Shown here: one piece after another, positions 38,792 through 48,931 of the stretch
How positions within the stretch are numbered: the first letter of the stretch is position 1
How the letters are laid out: every line of letters begins with the position of its first letter
The notes under the pieces: generated by a model
Seen by the model: only the letters and a program-made list of their open reading frames with translations
Database searches by the model: none
What the model was told of the DNA's origin: nothing
NCBI GenBank assembly: GCA_963663165.1
Contig: OY760175.1
Location: forward strand, 6,496,001 to 6,560,000
Direction of reading: 5' to 3'
Length of the DNA: 64,000 nt
Source: an uncultured Desulfospira sp.
GTDB taxonomy: Bacteria; Desulfobacterota; Desulfobacteria; Desulfobacterales; Desulfobacteraceae
Made by a program: the position numbers and the translations under genes

Positions 38792-38851
38792 GTGTTTGGA
38801 CGAAAGCTGCCCCAATTCCAGGTGCGGATGGGTGAATTTTCGTTCAGACAC
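38792..38851. repeat. Small inverted-repeat element (GTGTYTGRACGAAA family), copy 1
   Basis: gtgtttggacgaaa...tttcgttcagacac; its reverse complement resembles 61919-61986. Confidence 0.75.
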
Positions 38852-38854
38852 GGC

Positions 38855-39169
38855 TTATGCTGCCGAAATGGAATCGATTTTAACCTGGGTAAAATGCTGC
38901 CGATGGCCTCTCATTTTCCGGTACCCTTTGCGCCGTTTGTATTTGAACACCAGGATTTTTTTCTCCCGGCCATGTCCGACAACGTGAGCCTTGACAACGG
39001 CGTTTTCAACATTCGGGCTTCCAAGGGTGATCGTTTCCCCGTCCGAGTAGAGGAGGACATCGTTGAATTCAATTTGAGAACCTTCGTCGCCTTCAAGCTT
39101 TTCAACCTTGAGGACCTGGTCTTCCTGGACCTTGTATTGTTTTCCGCCGGTTCTGATCACTGCGTACAT
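38855..39169 (-). CDS. rplU: 50S ribosomal protein L21
   Basis: MYAVIRTGGKQYKV...FKYKRRKGY....GHRQ. Confidence 0.98.
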   Translation of the reverse strand: MYAVIRTGGKQYKVQEDQVLKVEKLEGDEGSQIEFNDVLLYSDGETITLGSPNVENAVVKAHVVGHGREKKILVFKYKRRKGYRKMRGHRQHFTQVKIDSISAA

Positions 39170-39221
39170 GTTAATCTCCTTATCAAATCAATGCTTTCTC
39201 GTATAATTTAAAAAACTCTTA

Positions 39222-39250
39222 ATACTATAACTGCCCAAAGAATTTGTCAA
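39222..39250 (-). promoter_or_regulatory. Sigma70-like promoter of rplU
   Basis: Minus strand TTGACA-17 nt-TAGTAT, about 50 nt upstream of the ATG. Confidence 0.6.
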
Positions 39251-39467
39251 TTATTATTTGAATTTGTCTTGATTAATGGCGCAATTTGAATAAAATTGTC
39301 TGGATATGGGGATTTTATCCGACCGAGGGTTAACCAGAATTTTATTGCGCTTGATCTTGCGCAATGCAATTTTTAGGGCAGGGGCAGGATTAAAAGCAAG
39401 CGCAAAATAATGGACACGGTTTGACAGCACACAACATACAGACAACATCAGAGGGAATCAATATAAA

Positions 39468-40295
39468 ATGACATGGTTAACAATTGACAAAGACAAATGT
39501 AATAAAGACGGGCTCTGTGCCGCAGAATGCCCGGCCGGTATTATTGTCATGGACGATGACGGACCGTCGCCCGTGCCCGGCGGGCAGGATTTCTGCCTTT
39601 ATTGCGGCCATTGTGTGGCCATTTGTCCCAAATCGGCACTGACCCTGGACGGCCTTTCACCAGACCAGTGTCTGCCCGTTACCCAAAGCCCTTTGTTTGA
39701 CCGGGATACGGCAGAACAATTTTTAAGATCCCGCCGGTCCATTCGCCGGTACAAGGATATTCCGGTTCCCAGGAAGGATTTTGAAAAAGCCCTTGAACTT
39801 GCCTGCCACGCCCCTACGGGCAGCAACCGGCAGCCGGTAAAATGGCTGGTCCTGGACAATAAGGAAGACGTTCAAAAAGCGGCCGGCCATGTCATTGACT
39901 GGATGCGGTTCATGATGGATGACGCGCCCGAGGTGGCCCGGACAATGAAAATGCCCATTTTTATTCGCCTGTGGCGCAAGGGCGTGGACCGGATCTGCCG
40001 AAATGCCCCGGCCCTGGTGTTTGCCTATGCGGCAGATGATATCCGCAGTGCCCCGGCCGACTGCCATACAGCCCTGGCTTACCTGGAGCTTGCCTTGCCC
40101 GGATCCGGTCTTGGCTCCTGCTGGGCCGGGTATATGAAGTATGCGGCCGAGGCCCGGTGGCCCGGCCTTCAAGCCATGTTGAATTTCCCTGAGGGGCACA
40201 CCTGCCATGGGGCATTGCTGGTGGGGGTCCCTAAGTTCAGATTCCTTAGGGCCCCGAAAAGAAATTTGCCGGATCTGCGGTATTACAGACAGTAA
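39468..40295 (+). CDS. Nitroreductase with N-terminal 2x[4Fe-4S] ferredoxin domain
   Basis: CNKDGLCAAECP, CLYCGHCVAICP, RRSIRRY, APTGSNRQ, GLGSCWAG. Confidence 0.92.
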   Translation: MTWLTIDKDKCNKDGLCAAECPAGIIVMDDDGPSPVPGGQDFCLYCGHCVAICPKSALTLDGLSPDQCLPVTQSPLFDRDTAEQFLRSRRSIRRYKDIPVPRKDFEKALELACHAPTGSNRQPVKWLVLDNKEDVQKAAGHVIDWMRFMMDDAPEVARTMKMPIFIRLWRKGVDRICRNAPALVFAYAADDIRSAPADCHTALAYLELALPGSGLGSCWAGYMKYAAEARWPGLQAMLNFPEGHTCHGALLVGVPKFRFLRAPKRNLPDLRYYRQ

Positions 40296-40390
40296 TTTTA
40301 TATGAAAGTCTCACTAACATCCTGATAAGACTTTCATTATTCGTTGTGGGCGGTTCTTGGTTGGATAACCAAGACGGCCCGTGGCCGTTA
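40296..40390 (-). repeat. Inverted copy of the 95-bp element at 14424-14518
   Basis: Reverse complement of 14424-14518 with one mismatch; begins at the base after the nitroreductase stop. Confidence 0.9.
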
Positions 40391-40725
40391 GTGGTTAGCT
40401 GTTAGCCGCCGGCTTTGTGCGCAGTCCGGTTTGCTGGCAGCTAACCGTTTCTAATTTTTACCTAAAAATCAGCTTGACAGGCCCCCTCCTTTTTTCTAAA
40501 TTAATGAATAACATTTATACGGTGAATCGCATTTGGGAAACCAGGGCATCAATTAGCACGATATCCAAAACGGTTTACCCTTTGGTTCCGACCCCTGAGT
40601 GTTCTTTCATCATGCCTCTCATATTATTATTCTGGCATCTTTCTATGCTGTTAAACGCGTTGCTTTTTCGGACACCGGTTTTTCCAAATTAAATCGTAAA
40701 TTTTAACGGTTAAAGGATTTTTCCA

Positions 40726-42738
40726 ATGAAAATTAAAACGAAAATGTTTTTTGTTTTTGGGCTGTCCGTTTTTTTGATCATGTTCCTTCTTTCACTGAGT
40801 ATATTTTTGTTTATTCAGGCCCGGCTTACCTTTAGTATTGATAATGAGAGCCGGAATATCATCGGCGGAGTAAAAGAGAGCATGAACGCTTTAGAAAATA
40901 TCGCCATTGAAAACTATCTTCGGGCAACCGCTGAGAAGACAAAGGATGTGATTCTCCATTACCATAATCAGTTTGAAAAAGGTGAAATTTCCAGCGAAGA
41001 GCTAAAGAAGAAAACGTCTGAAGTGATACTGAACAAAAAAATCGGAACTACCGGATATGCCGCCGGTGCCACCAGAAAAGGGATTCTGTCGGTCCATCCC
41101 AAAGCGGAAGGGGCTGATATCAGCGGCACACCTTTCTGGCCAAAGGTAAGGGCTTTGATGGAATCTGAAAACCAGTCCGGTTATTTTGAATATGACTGGA
41201 AAAATCCCGGTGAAACAGCCCCCAGGAAAAAATCAGGATACATTACGTATTTTGAACCCATGGATTTGATCATATGGGCATCATCTTATAAGTCGGAATT
41301 TGCCACACTGGTCAAGCCCAAAGATTTTCATAATGCCATTCTTTCATTAAAGGTCGGCAAAGCGGGATATCCCTATATCCTGGATTTTCAGGGGAATATG
41401 GTGATTCATCCCACCCTTGAAGGCCGCAATGTCTATGATGTCAAGGCTGCGGACGGGCAGAAGATTTTTCAGACCATTGTCAGTAAACGGGAAGGCAAGT
41501 TTGAATATGACTGGAAGGATCCGGACGGCCAAGTCAGGAGAAAAATCGCCATTTTTGATAAAATCCCGGGCAAGGATCTGGTGGTGGCCATCAGCTCCTA
41601 TAAGAAAGACCGGTATGCCTTGTTGTATTCCATTCGGAACCGGCTGATACTGGCCTTTTGCCTGAGCATGATCGTCATTGGCCTTGTGGTGTTTTTCTTC
41701 AGCAATATCATTACCAAACCCATTGTCAAAAGTGTGGATTTTTCGCGGGTCATGTCCGGGGGGGATTTTACAGGAAAACTGGAGATCAGGCAAAAAGATG
41801 AAATCGGGCAGCTGGCTGCGGCGTTAAATGAAATGACCGGCAATATCGGATCCACGTTTAATCAGATTCAGGGGCGCATAGAGGAGCTGGCCCTTTCATC
41901 CGGAGAGCTTGCACAGGTTTCAGACATGATGTCAGGCAGTTCTGAACAGATGTCGGAAAATTCCACCTCGCTTGCCCAGGCTGCCGGCGAAATGAACCAT
42001 AACCTTGAATCCATCTCTCATGCCAGCGACCGGGTGATGGAAAATATCAACTCCGTGGCCTTGGCAACCAAGGAAATGACCTGCACGGTATCTGAAATTG
42101 CAAAAAATTCAGAAAATGCAAAAATTATTTCAGGCGATGCGGTTTCGGTTACCGAGCAGACCACAGATCTGGTGGATAAGCTGGGAAAGTCCGCATCTGA
42201 AATCAGCAAGGTGACTGAAGCCATAGACGATATATCAGAGCAGACCAATCTGCTGGCCCTCAATGCTACCATTGAGGCGGCAAGGGCCGGCGAAGCCGGA
42301 AAAGGGTTTGCCGTTGTCGCCAATGAAATCAAGGACCTGGCCAGTGAAACGTCCAATGCCACCCGGGAGATTGAAGACCGGATCAATGATATTCAGGAAG
42401 CCATCACGGAAACAGTGGATAAAATAAAAGAAATCAGCAAGATTATCCTGGGGGTTAATGAGATTATAACCAGCATCGCAGCTGCCGTGGAAGAACAAAG
42501 TGCCACTACCGGAGAGATTTCCAGAAACATGGACCAGACCTCAACTGAAATGCAGGAAGTCAATGAAAACGTAACCAAAAGCGCCAATTTCTCGAACCAG
42601 ATAATAGAGCAGGTGACCGGCGTTCAGGATGTATCGTCAAAGATGGCGGAAAACAGCCGTACCGTGGAGCGCAATTCCAAATCCTTTAGCAAAATGGCCC
42701 AGGAGATTAAAACAATGCTTGAAAAATTTAAAGTATGA
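40726..42738 (+). CDS. Methyl-accepting chemotaxis protein with Cache sensor
   Basis: Two TM helices, IGTTGY...HP and [17 protein letters not shown] Cache modules, HAMP, and [27 protein letters not shown]. Confidence 0.95.
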   Translation: MKIKTKMFFVFGLSVFLIMFLLSLSIFLFIQARLTFSIDNESRNIIGGVKESMNALENIAIENYLRATAEKTKDVILHYHNQFEKGEISSEELKKKTSEVILNKKIGTTGYAAGATRKGILSVHPKAEGADISGTPFWPKVRALMESENQSGYFEYDWKNPGETAPRKKSGYITYFEPMDLIIWASSYKSEFATLVKPKDFHNAILSLKVGKAGYPYILDFQGNMVIHPTLEGRNVYDVKAADGQKIFQTIVSKREGKFEYDWKDPDGQVRRKIAIFDKIPGKDLVVAISSYKKDRYALLYSIRNRLILAFCLSMIVIGLVVFFFSNIITKPIVKSVDFSRVMSGGDFTGKLEIRQKDEIGQLAAALNEMTGNIGSTFNQIQGRIEELALSSGELAQVSDMMSGSSEQMSENSTSLAQAAGEMNHNLESISHASDRVMENINSVALATKEMTCTVSEIAKNSENAKIISGDAVSVTEQTTDLVDKLGKSASEISKVTEAIDDISEQTNLLALNATIEAARAGEAGKGFAVVANEIKDLASETSNATREIEDRINDIQEAITETVDKIKEISKIILGVNEIITSIAAAVEEQSATTGEISRNMDQTSTEMQEVNENVTKSANFSNQIIEQVTGVQDVSSKMAENSRTVERNSKSFSKMAQEIKTMLEKFKV

Positions 42739-42742
42739 AGGC

Positions 42743-43126
42743 CTATGATTCCCGGCCGAAATGATCCCTGAGGACATCCTGGACCATTTCCGGAGTATTG
42801 ATTATCAGGGGCTTTTGCTCTTTGGAGGGGCCTGAAGAAACATCGGCTTTTTTGGAAATTTCAAAAGAGCCTGCCCCTGAGGAAATCGACCAGTTGTCCA
42901 GATCGAAATTTAAGAATTGAACCTCGGCAATGGCGGAAAGGGACTGGCAAAGGGTTTCCACCTCCTCAATTTTCATTCCGGAGCCCGAGGTTTTTATCAA
43001 TCGTCCTGAAAAGGTGGCGGATTTTCCTGAAAATGAATAAAAGAGGCGCGAAAGATCGGTGTTGTGGGTCACCAGCAATCGTTTGATCTTCTGGTTGGTT
43101 TCGTATCGCGTTGCCTGATTTTTCAT
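42743..43126 (-). CDS. Hypothetical protein
   Basis: Plausible ORF of about 127 aa (MKNQATRYETNQKIKRLLV...) filling the gap between the MCP gene and fba. Confidence 0.6.
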   Translation of the reverse strand: MKNQATRYETNQKIKRLLVTHNTDLSRLFYSFSGKSATFSGRLIKTSGSGMKIEEVETLCQSLSAIAEVQFLNFDLDNWSISSGAGSFEISKKADVSSGPSKEQKPLIINTPEMVQDVLRDHFGRES

Positions 43127-43446
43127 AAGAAACATGATAAAAATCAGGCCTGCAGAAGTCAACAGATATTTTTCGCATCCCCAAAAAATCGCCGGCGCCC
43201 CTTAAAGGGATCATCCCATTTAAAACCGAAAAATATTCCATTTTTCGGAGAAAAGCCTTCCCTGAAAGGTTAATGCAAAATTAATTTGTTATCTTCATAG
43301 ATATGCGGTATGATGAGAAATATTCAAGTTGGCCGTATCGTCAATTTTTTCGATTTTAGCTGTGATGTCGTTTTTTTGCCCGGGCCGTCCCGAACCGGCA
43401 GCACAGGCGGACATCAGTTAATGACCCCAAACATAAGGAAAAGATC

Positions 43447-44439
43447 ATGGTTAGCTATACTCAGATCGGGTTAGTCAATACCCGTGACATGTTTCAACAG
43501 GCGATGTCGGGCGGATATGCTGTTCCTGCCTATAATTTCAACAACATGGAACAGCTCCAGGCCATTATTCAGGCCTGTGTGGAAACCCGTTCGCCGGTGA
43601 TCCTTCAGGTGTCTTCAGGGGCGAGAAAATATGCGAACCAGACCCTGTTGCAATATATGGCCCAGGGGGCCGTGGCCTATGCCGAAGAACTCGGCCTTGG
43701 CATTCCCATCAGCCTTCACCTGGATCATGGGGACACGTTTGACCTGTGCAAAAGCTGCATTGAAATGGGGTTTTCGTCGGTGATGATCGACGGGTCCCAC
43801 CACGCCTATGAAGACAATGTCGAGCTGACGGCCAAGGTGGTGGAATATGCCCATCAATACGATGTTACGGTAGAGGGTGAACTTGGGGTCCTGGCCGGTG
43901 TGGAAGACGATGTGGCGGCCGAAGAGTCCACTTACACCCGGCCGGAGCAGGTGGAAGACTTTGTGGGCCGGACAAAGGTGGATTCCCTGGCCATTTCCAT
44001 TGGGACCTCCCACGGGGCCAACAAGTTTAAACCCGAGCAGTGTACCCCGAATCAGGACGGGGTTTTGGTGCCCCCGCCATTGAAGTTTGACATTCTCGAA
44101 GAAGTGGAAAAGCGGCTGCCCGGGTTTCCCATTGTGCTTCACGGGTCATCCTCTGTGCCCATGGATGAGGTCAACACCATTAACCAGTATGGCGGCAAGC
44201 TTGAAAACGCCATCGGCATTCCCGAGGAACAGCTCAGGAAAGCCGCGGGCATGTCCGTCTGCAAGATCAATATTGATTCTGACGGCCGGCTGGCCATGAC
44301 CGCAGCCATCAGAAAGGTATTTGCAACGTCTCCGGCGGAATTTGATCCGAGAAAATACCTGGGCCCGGCCCGGGATTCCCTAAAGCAGCTTTATATGCAC
44401 AAGAATACACACGTGCTGGGATCGGCAGGGAAAGTATAA
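43447..44439 (+). CDS. fba: Class II fructose-bisphosphate aldolase
   Basis: AVPAYNFNNME, LHLDHG, SSVMIDGS, VEGELG, IGTSHGA, VLHGSS, KINIDSD, FDPRKYL. Confidence 0.97.
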   Translation: MVSYTQIGLVNTRDMFQQAMSGGYAVPAYNFNNMEQLQAIIQACVETRSPVILQVSSGARKYANQTLLQYMAQGAVAYAEELGLGIPISLHLDHGDTFDLCKSCIEMGFSSVMIDGSHHAYEDNVELTAKVVEYAHQYDVTVEGELGVLAGVEDDVAAEESTYTRPEQVEDFVGRTKVDSLAISIGTSHGANKFKPEQCTPNQDGVLVPPPLKFDILEEVEKRLPGFPIVLHGSSSVPMDEVNTINQYGGKLENAIGIPEEQLRKAAGMSVCKINIDSDGRLAMTAAIRKVFATSPAEFDPRKYLGPARDSLKQLYMHKNTHVLGSAGKV

Positions 44440-44545
44440 TAGCCGTTAGCAATTAGCTTTTAGCCATTAGGCATTTCGTACGGCTAACAGCTAACAGCTA
44501 ACAGCTAACGGCTAACGGCTAACGGCTAACAGCTAATAGCTAAAA
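44440..44545. repeat. GCTAAC(A/G) heptamer array with complementary TAGC units
   Basis: Nine GCTAANN units at 44483-44545 preceded by four reverse-type units at 44440-44470. Confidence 0.9.
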
Positions 44546-44556
44546 AAGGAGGATAC

Positions 44557-47028
44557 ATGGGGGGCGCGGGTTCAAAAAGCAAAAAGAACAACCGGGTATT
44601 AGAGATAAACCGCCTCAAACAGGATATCTGCCATCATGTCCGGTTCAACCTGGGGATGGATCCCGATGATATGAACCGGTTTTCCTGTTACATGGGGCTT
44701 GCCTTGAGTGTGAAAGACCGGCTCATTGACCAGTGGCTTACCACCCAGAAATCCTGTCGGGAGGCCATGGCCAAGCGGGTCTTTTATCTGTCCCTCGAAT
44801 TTCTTCCCGGACGGTTCCTGAAAAATTACCTGGTCAGCCTGGGCATGGAAGACCTGGCCCGGGAAGCCCTGGTGGACATGGGGTTTGAACTCGAGGCGCT
44901 GGAAGAAGAAGAATGGGATGCGGGCCTTGGCAACGGGGGGTTGGGACGGCTTGCCTCATGTTATATGGATTCCATTGCAAGACTCAGGGTGCCGGGATAC
45001 GGATACGGGATCCGTTACGATTTTGGGATTTTTTACCAGGTGATTGCCAATGGATACCAGCAGGAGAAAAGCGATAACTGGATGAGGCGGGGCAGTCCCT
45101 GGGAAATTATCCGGGCAGAGCCGGTTTTTCCCATCAAGTTTTACGGCCACTCTGAACCTTACACCGATCTGGACGGCAACCAGAGATTTCGGTGGGTCAA
45201 TACAGAAGATGTCATGGCCCTGGCCTGTGATGTGCTGATTCCCGGGATAAAAGACGGGTTTGTCACCAATATGCGGCTGTGGACCGCCACCTCAAGCCGG
45301 GAGTTTGACCTGGAATTTTTTAACCGGGGGGATTATGTGGGCGCGGCCCAAGCCAAGGTGGTGAGCGAATCCATTTCCAAGGTGTTGTACCCCAGTGATG
45401 AGATTGCAAAGGGGCGGGAACTGCGGCTCAAGCAGCAGTATTTTTTCGTGTCCGCCACCTTGCAGGATATTATCCGGCAGTACCTGCTGGAACACAAATC
45501 CTTTGACGCCTTTTCAGACTGGGCTGCCATTCAACTCAACGATACCCACCCGGCCATTGCCATTCCCGAGCTCATGCGCCTTTTTGTGGACGAATACGGG
45601 CTTGACTGGGACCAGTCCTGGGACATCTGCCGGAAAACCTTTGCCTACACCAACCACACGGTGCTGCCCGAAGCGTTGGAAAAATGGCCTGTGGAACTGA
45701 TTGCAAGGCTTTTGCCCCGGCATCTGGAAATTATTTATGAGATCAACCAGCGATTTCTGGATCACCTGAGAATCGACTTCCCCCGCGACCCTGAACTTGC
45801 CGAATACCTGTCCATTATTCAGGAAGGGGATGTCAAACAGGTGAGAATGGCCCACCTGGCCATTGTTGGTTCCCATTCGGTGAACGGGGTGGCGGCCCTG
45901 CACTCATCCATCCTTAAGGAAAGCCTGTTCCGGGAGTTTGGCCAGGTGTTTCCCGATAAGATCAAAAACGTGACCAACGGCGTTACCCCGAGGCGGTGGC
46001 TTTACCAGTCCAATCCCGGGCTGTCCGGTTTGATTACATCAGCCATTGGCCCGGACTGGGTAACGGATCTGGATCAGCTCAAAAAGCTGATTCCCCTGGC
46101 AGATGACGGGCAGTTTATCCGCCAATGGCAAAAGGTCAAACTGGAAAACAAAAAACGGCTGGCCCGGTATACCCTGCGTAAAACCGGGATGGGCATCAAC
46201 CCTTCCATGCTGTTTGACATCCATGCCAAACGGATCCATGAATACAAGCGGCAGCTGCTCAATATCATGCATGTGATTTATCTGTATAATACGATCCGGG
46301 AAAATCCCGATGCCGGGATGGTTCCCCGCTGTTTCTTTTTTGCCGGAAAGGCGGCCCCGGCCTATTTTCAGGCCAAGCTGATCATCAAGCTGATCAATGA
46401 GGTCTCGGTTGTGGTCAACACCGACCCCTTGTCCAGGGGAAAGCTCAATGTGGTGTTCCTGCCCAATTACTGCATTTCAACGGCAGAGAAAATGATCCCG
46501 GCCGCGGAAATTTCTGAGCAGATCTCCACGGCCGGGCTCGAAGCCTCAGGCACCGGGAATATGAAATTTGCCCTGAACGGGGCCCTGACCGTGGGAACTT
46601 TGGATGGCGCCAACGTGGAAATTTTAGAAGAGGTGGGGCAGGAAAATATTTTTATTTTCGGGCTCAAGGCCGATGAAGTGGTGGCCAAACGATCCTGGGG
46701 GTATAATCCCCGGCAGATCTATGAAGAAAACCAGGGCTTAAAAAAGGTGATTGACATGATTGGTGCGGGGTTTTTCAGCCCTGATGAGCCGGACTTGTTT
46801 GCGCCGGTTGTCCACTCGCTTCTGGACGGGGGGGATTATTATCTGGTGCTAGCTGATTTTGCAAGCTATGCCAGAACCCAGCAGACCGTTTCCGAGACAT
46901 ACCTGGATCAGGACCGGTGGACCCGGATGTCCATTCTCAATACCGCCAATATGGGGAAATTTTCAAGTGACCGGGCCGTAATGGAATACACCCGAAATAT
47001 CTGGGGGGCGGCTTCGTTGGCCGGATAG
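44557..47028 (+). CDS. glgP: Glycogen/alpha-glucan phosphorylase
   Basis: LGNGGLGRLASC, QLNDTHP, YTNHTVLPEALE, NGVAALH, KRIHEYKRQLL, EASGTGNMKF. Confidence 0.98.
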   Translation: MGGAGSKSKKNNRVLEINRLKQDICHHVRFNLGMDPDDMNRFSCYMGLALSVKDRLIDQWLTTQKSCREAMAKRVFYLSLEFLPGRFLKNYLVSLGMEDLAREALVDMGFELEALEEEEWDAGLGNGGLGRLASCYMDSIARLRVPGYGYGIRYDFGIFYQVIANGYQQEKSDNWMRRGSPWEIIRAEPVFPIKFYGHSEPYTDLDGNQRFRWVNTEDVMALACDVLIPGIKDGFVTNMRLWTATSSREFDLEFFNRGDYVGAAQAKVVSESISKVLYPSDEIAKGRELRLKQQYFFVSATLQDIIRQYLLEHKSFDAFSDWAAIQLNDTHPAIAIPELMRLFVDEYGLDWDQSWDICRKTFAYTNHTVLPEALEKWPVELIARLLPRHLEIIYEINQRFLDHLRIDFPRDPELAEYLSIIQEGDVKQVRMAHLAIVGSHSVNGVAALHSSILKESLFREFGQVFPDKIKNVTNGVTPRRWLYQSNPGLSGLITSAIGPDWVTDLDQLKKLIPLADDGQFIRQWQKVKLENKKRLARYTLRKTGMGINPSMLFDIHAKRIHEYKRQLLNIMHVIYLYNTIRENPDAGMVPRCFFFAGKAAPAYFQAKLIIKLINEVSVVVNTDPLSRGKLNVVFLPNYCISTAEKMIPAAEISEQISTAGLEASGTGNMKFALNGALTVGTLDGANVEILEEVGQENIFIFGLKADEVVAKRSWGYNPRQIYEENQGLKKVIDMIGAGFFSPDEPDLFAPVVHSLLDGGDYYLVLADFASYARTQQTVSETYLDQDRWTRMSILNTANMGKFSSDRAVMEYTRNIWGAASLAG

Positions 47029-47036
47029 GAGTATAT

Positions 47037-48290
47037 ATGAACACACCAACCAACGGCCAGGACCTCAATCCGGTCACCTTTGGGCGAATCCCTGTTTTTG
47101 ACGGGCAAAAAAATCTGTGGGGTTATGAACTGGCAGGATATGCCGCAGGGGGCAAGGAAAAAAAATTATCAAAAGAGGAACTGACCCCGGAGCTTGTCTC
47201 GGGCACGGCCCTGGCCATGGAACAAACCCTGGACCGGGAAAAAAAGGTTCTGGTCCGGTTTTCCCAGCAAAATATTATTGAAAACCTGCCCTATGCCCTT
47301 CCGCCCAATCGGACCGCCGTCAGGCTTACCAATGCCGATAAATTGAACCCAAAGGCCTTTAATGGCCTCCTGGCATTAAAAAAGGAAGGGTATACCATTG
47401 CCGTGGACTGGTATAAGGATGTTAAGGCGACGGATCCGGCTTTTAAAGCGGCCAATATCATTTGCCTTGACGTTTCGGCCATGGTGCTGCCGGAACTTAC
47501 GGCCGTCTGCAGGAAGATTCAACCGTTTGATGCCGCTATCCTGGCTGAGAATGTTCATGACCAGGCCGGGTTTGATGTCTGTGCCAAAGCCGGGGCTCAT
47601 TTTTTCAAAGGCGCTTTTTTCAAGCAGCCAGAAGATGTATCGGTCAAAAAAATCGTTTCCGGAACCGTTTCCCGGTTTAAACTCATGGAAGCCATTGAAC
47701 AAAAAGACCCGGATTTTGAGAAACTTGCAGGAACCATTCAGGCGGATGTGGCCATCAGTTTCAGGCTCTTGTCCTATTTAAATTCCGCCTCGTTCGGCTT
47801 CCGCCGGAAAATTGATTCCATTAAGGATGCCATTACGTTGATGGGCTGGAACCAGCTGAGAAACTGGTTGAGGGTGATTTTGCTGGCCGATGTTTCTGAA
47901 AACCGGAACGCCCCGGAGCTGGTGTTTCTGTCTGCCCAGCGGGGAAAATTCTTAGAGCAGGTGGGGCTGGATCATGATTATTGGGGATTTGAGCCCGATT
48001 CCCTGCTGCTTTTGGGAATGTTCTCTTTGCTGGATGCCTTGCTCAATCAGCCCATGGATGAAATCATCAAATACCTGCCGCTGGCGGATAAGCTCAAAGG
48101 GGCCCTGTGTCTTTCCGAAAACAATGAATATGTTCCGTTGTTGGCGCTGGCACGGTATTTTGAAGACGGGCAGTTTGAGGAAGCCCAAGCCCTGATCAGC
48201 CGGCTTGGCCTGGACATGGAAAAGGTCAGCACCGCATTTTTTGACGCCATTTGCTGGGCCAATACCATCGGGGGCATGCCGGTGGCATAA
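47037..48290 (+). CDS. Degenerate-EAL + HDOD domain protein
   Basis: GRIPVFD..KNLWGYEL, LAENV, FKGAFF, D.AISFRLLSYLNSA.FG..KIDSI..AI, GMFSLLDALL. Confidence 0.85.
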   Translation: MNTPTNGQDLNPVTFGRIPVFDGQKNLWGYELAGYAAGGKEKKLSKEELTPELVSGTALAMEQTLDREKKVLVRFSQQNIIENLPYALPPNRTAVRLTNADKLNPKAFNGLLALKKEGYTIAVDWYKDVKATDPAFKAANIICLDVSAMVLPELTAVCRKIQPFDAAILAENVHDQAGFDVCAKAGAHFFKGAFFKQPEDVSVKKIVSGTVSRFKLMEAIEQKDPDFEKLAGTIQADVAISFRLLSYLNSASFGFRRKIDSIKDAITLMGWNQLRNWLRVILLADVSENRNAPELVFLSAQRGKFLEQVGLDHDYWGFEPDSLLLLGMFSLLDALLNQPMDEIIKYLPLADKLKGALCLSENNEYVPLLALARYFEDGQFEEAQALISRLGLDMEKVSTAFFDAICWANTIGGMPVA

Positions 48291-48305
48291 CATCATCAGA
48301 AGAAC

Positions 48306-48860
48306 ATGAAAGTCAGATGCCCACAATGCCAGATTGAAAGTGAACCGTTTTTTGAATGCCCCATCTGCGGGTACCAGCTTGATGGTCAAGACCAGCACCG
48401 CATAGCCGGTCAGAAAAGCTTTGGAAAACCCATTGTTATTATATTGATAACAGCGGCTGTGTTTTTTTCAGGCTTGCTTTATAAACATCATACCAAGCCC
48501 CATGTCCCCCTTTCCAATACAAATAACTATGTTGCCACTGATACGATCAGCAATGGCGAACCCGTGGATTTAAAATCCCATATCATCCCCAACCGGTATA
48601 CCGTATTTGTATTTTACGCAGACTGGTGAGGCGGGTGCCGCCAGTTGCTGCCCCAGTTGGAGGCAGCCAATAAAACCCACAATTGGTTCGGCATTCGCAT
48701 CATCAATATTTCAGACAGAAGAAAATCCAAGGCAGCAGCGCAATATAAAGTGCGTGGTATTCCCCATTGTATGATTTATGATCCGGAAGGCGAACTGCTT
48801 GAATCCTCTTCAAAGGTCTGTTGGGTTTGTGCCAGTGAGCCTGAAAAAATAAAAAAATAG
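48306..48860 (+). CDS. Zinc-ribbon + TM + thioredoxin-like selenoprotein (UGA at 48627-48629 read as Sec)
   Basis: ORFs 48306-48629 and 48645-48860 are in the same frame. Read-through gives FYADW-U-GGC-RQLLPQL...YKVRGIPH (thioredoxin active site and cis-Pro loop). A SECIS-like hairpin follows the UGA. Confidence 0.8.
48645..48670 (+). promoter_or_regulatory. Candidate bacterial SECIS element
   Basis: ttg-ctgcc-cc-AGTT-gg-a-ggcag-c-caa hairpin; the loop starts 25 nt after the UGA and contains GU. Confidence 0.65.
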
Positions 48861-48931
48861 TTGCATTAAATAAACAGATGTGCCATAAGCATTCCTAAAG
48901 CAGTTGCTCTTTTTAACAAAAGGGGTGCAAA

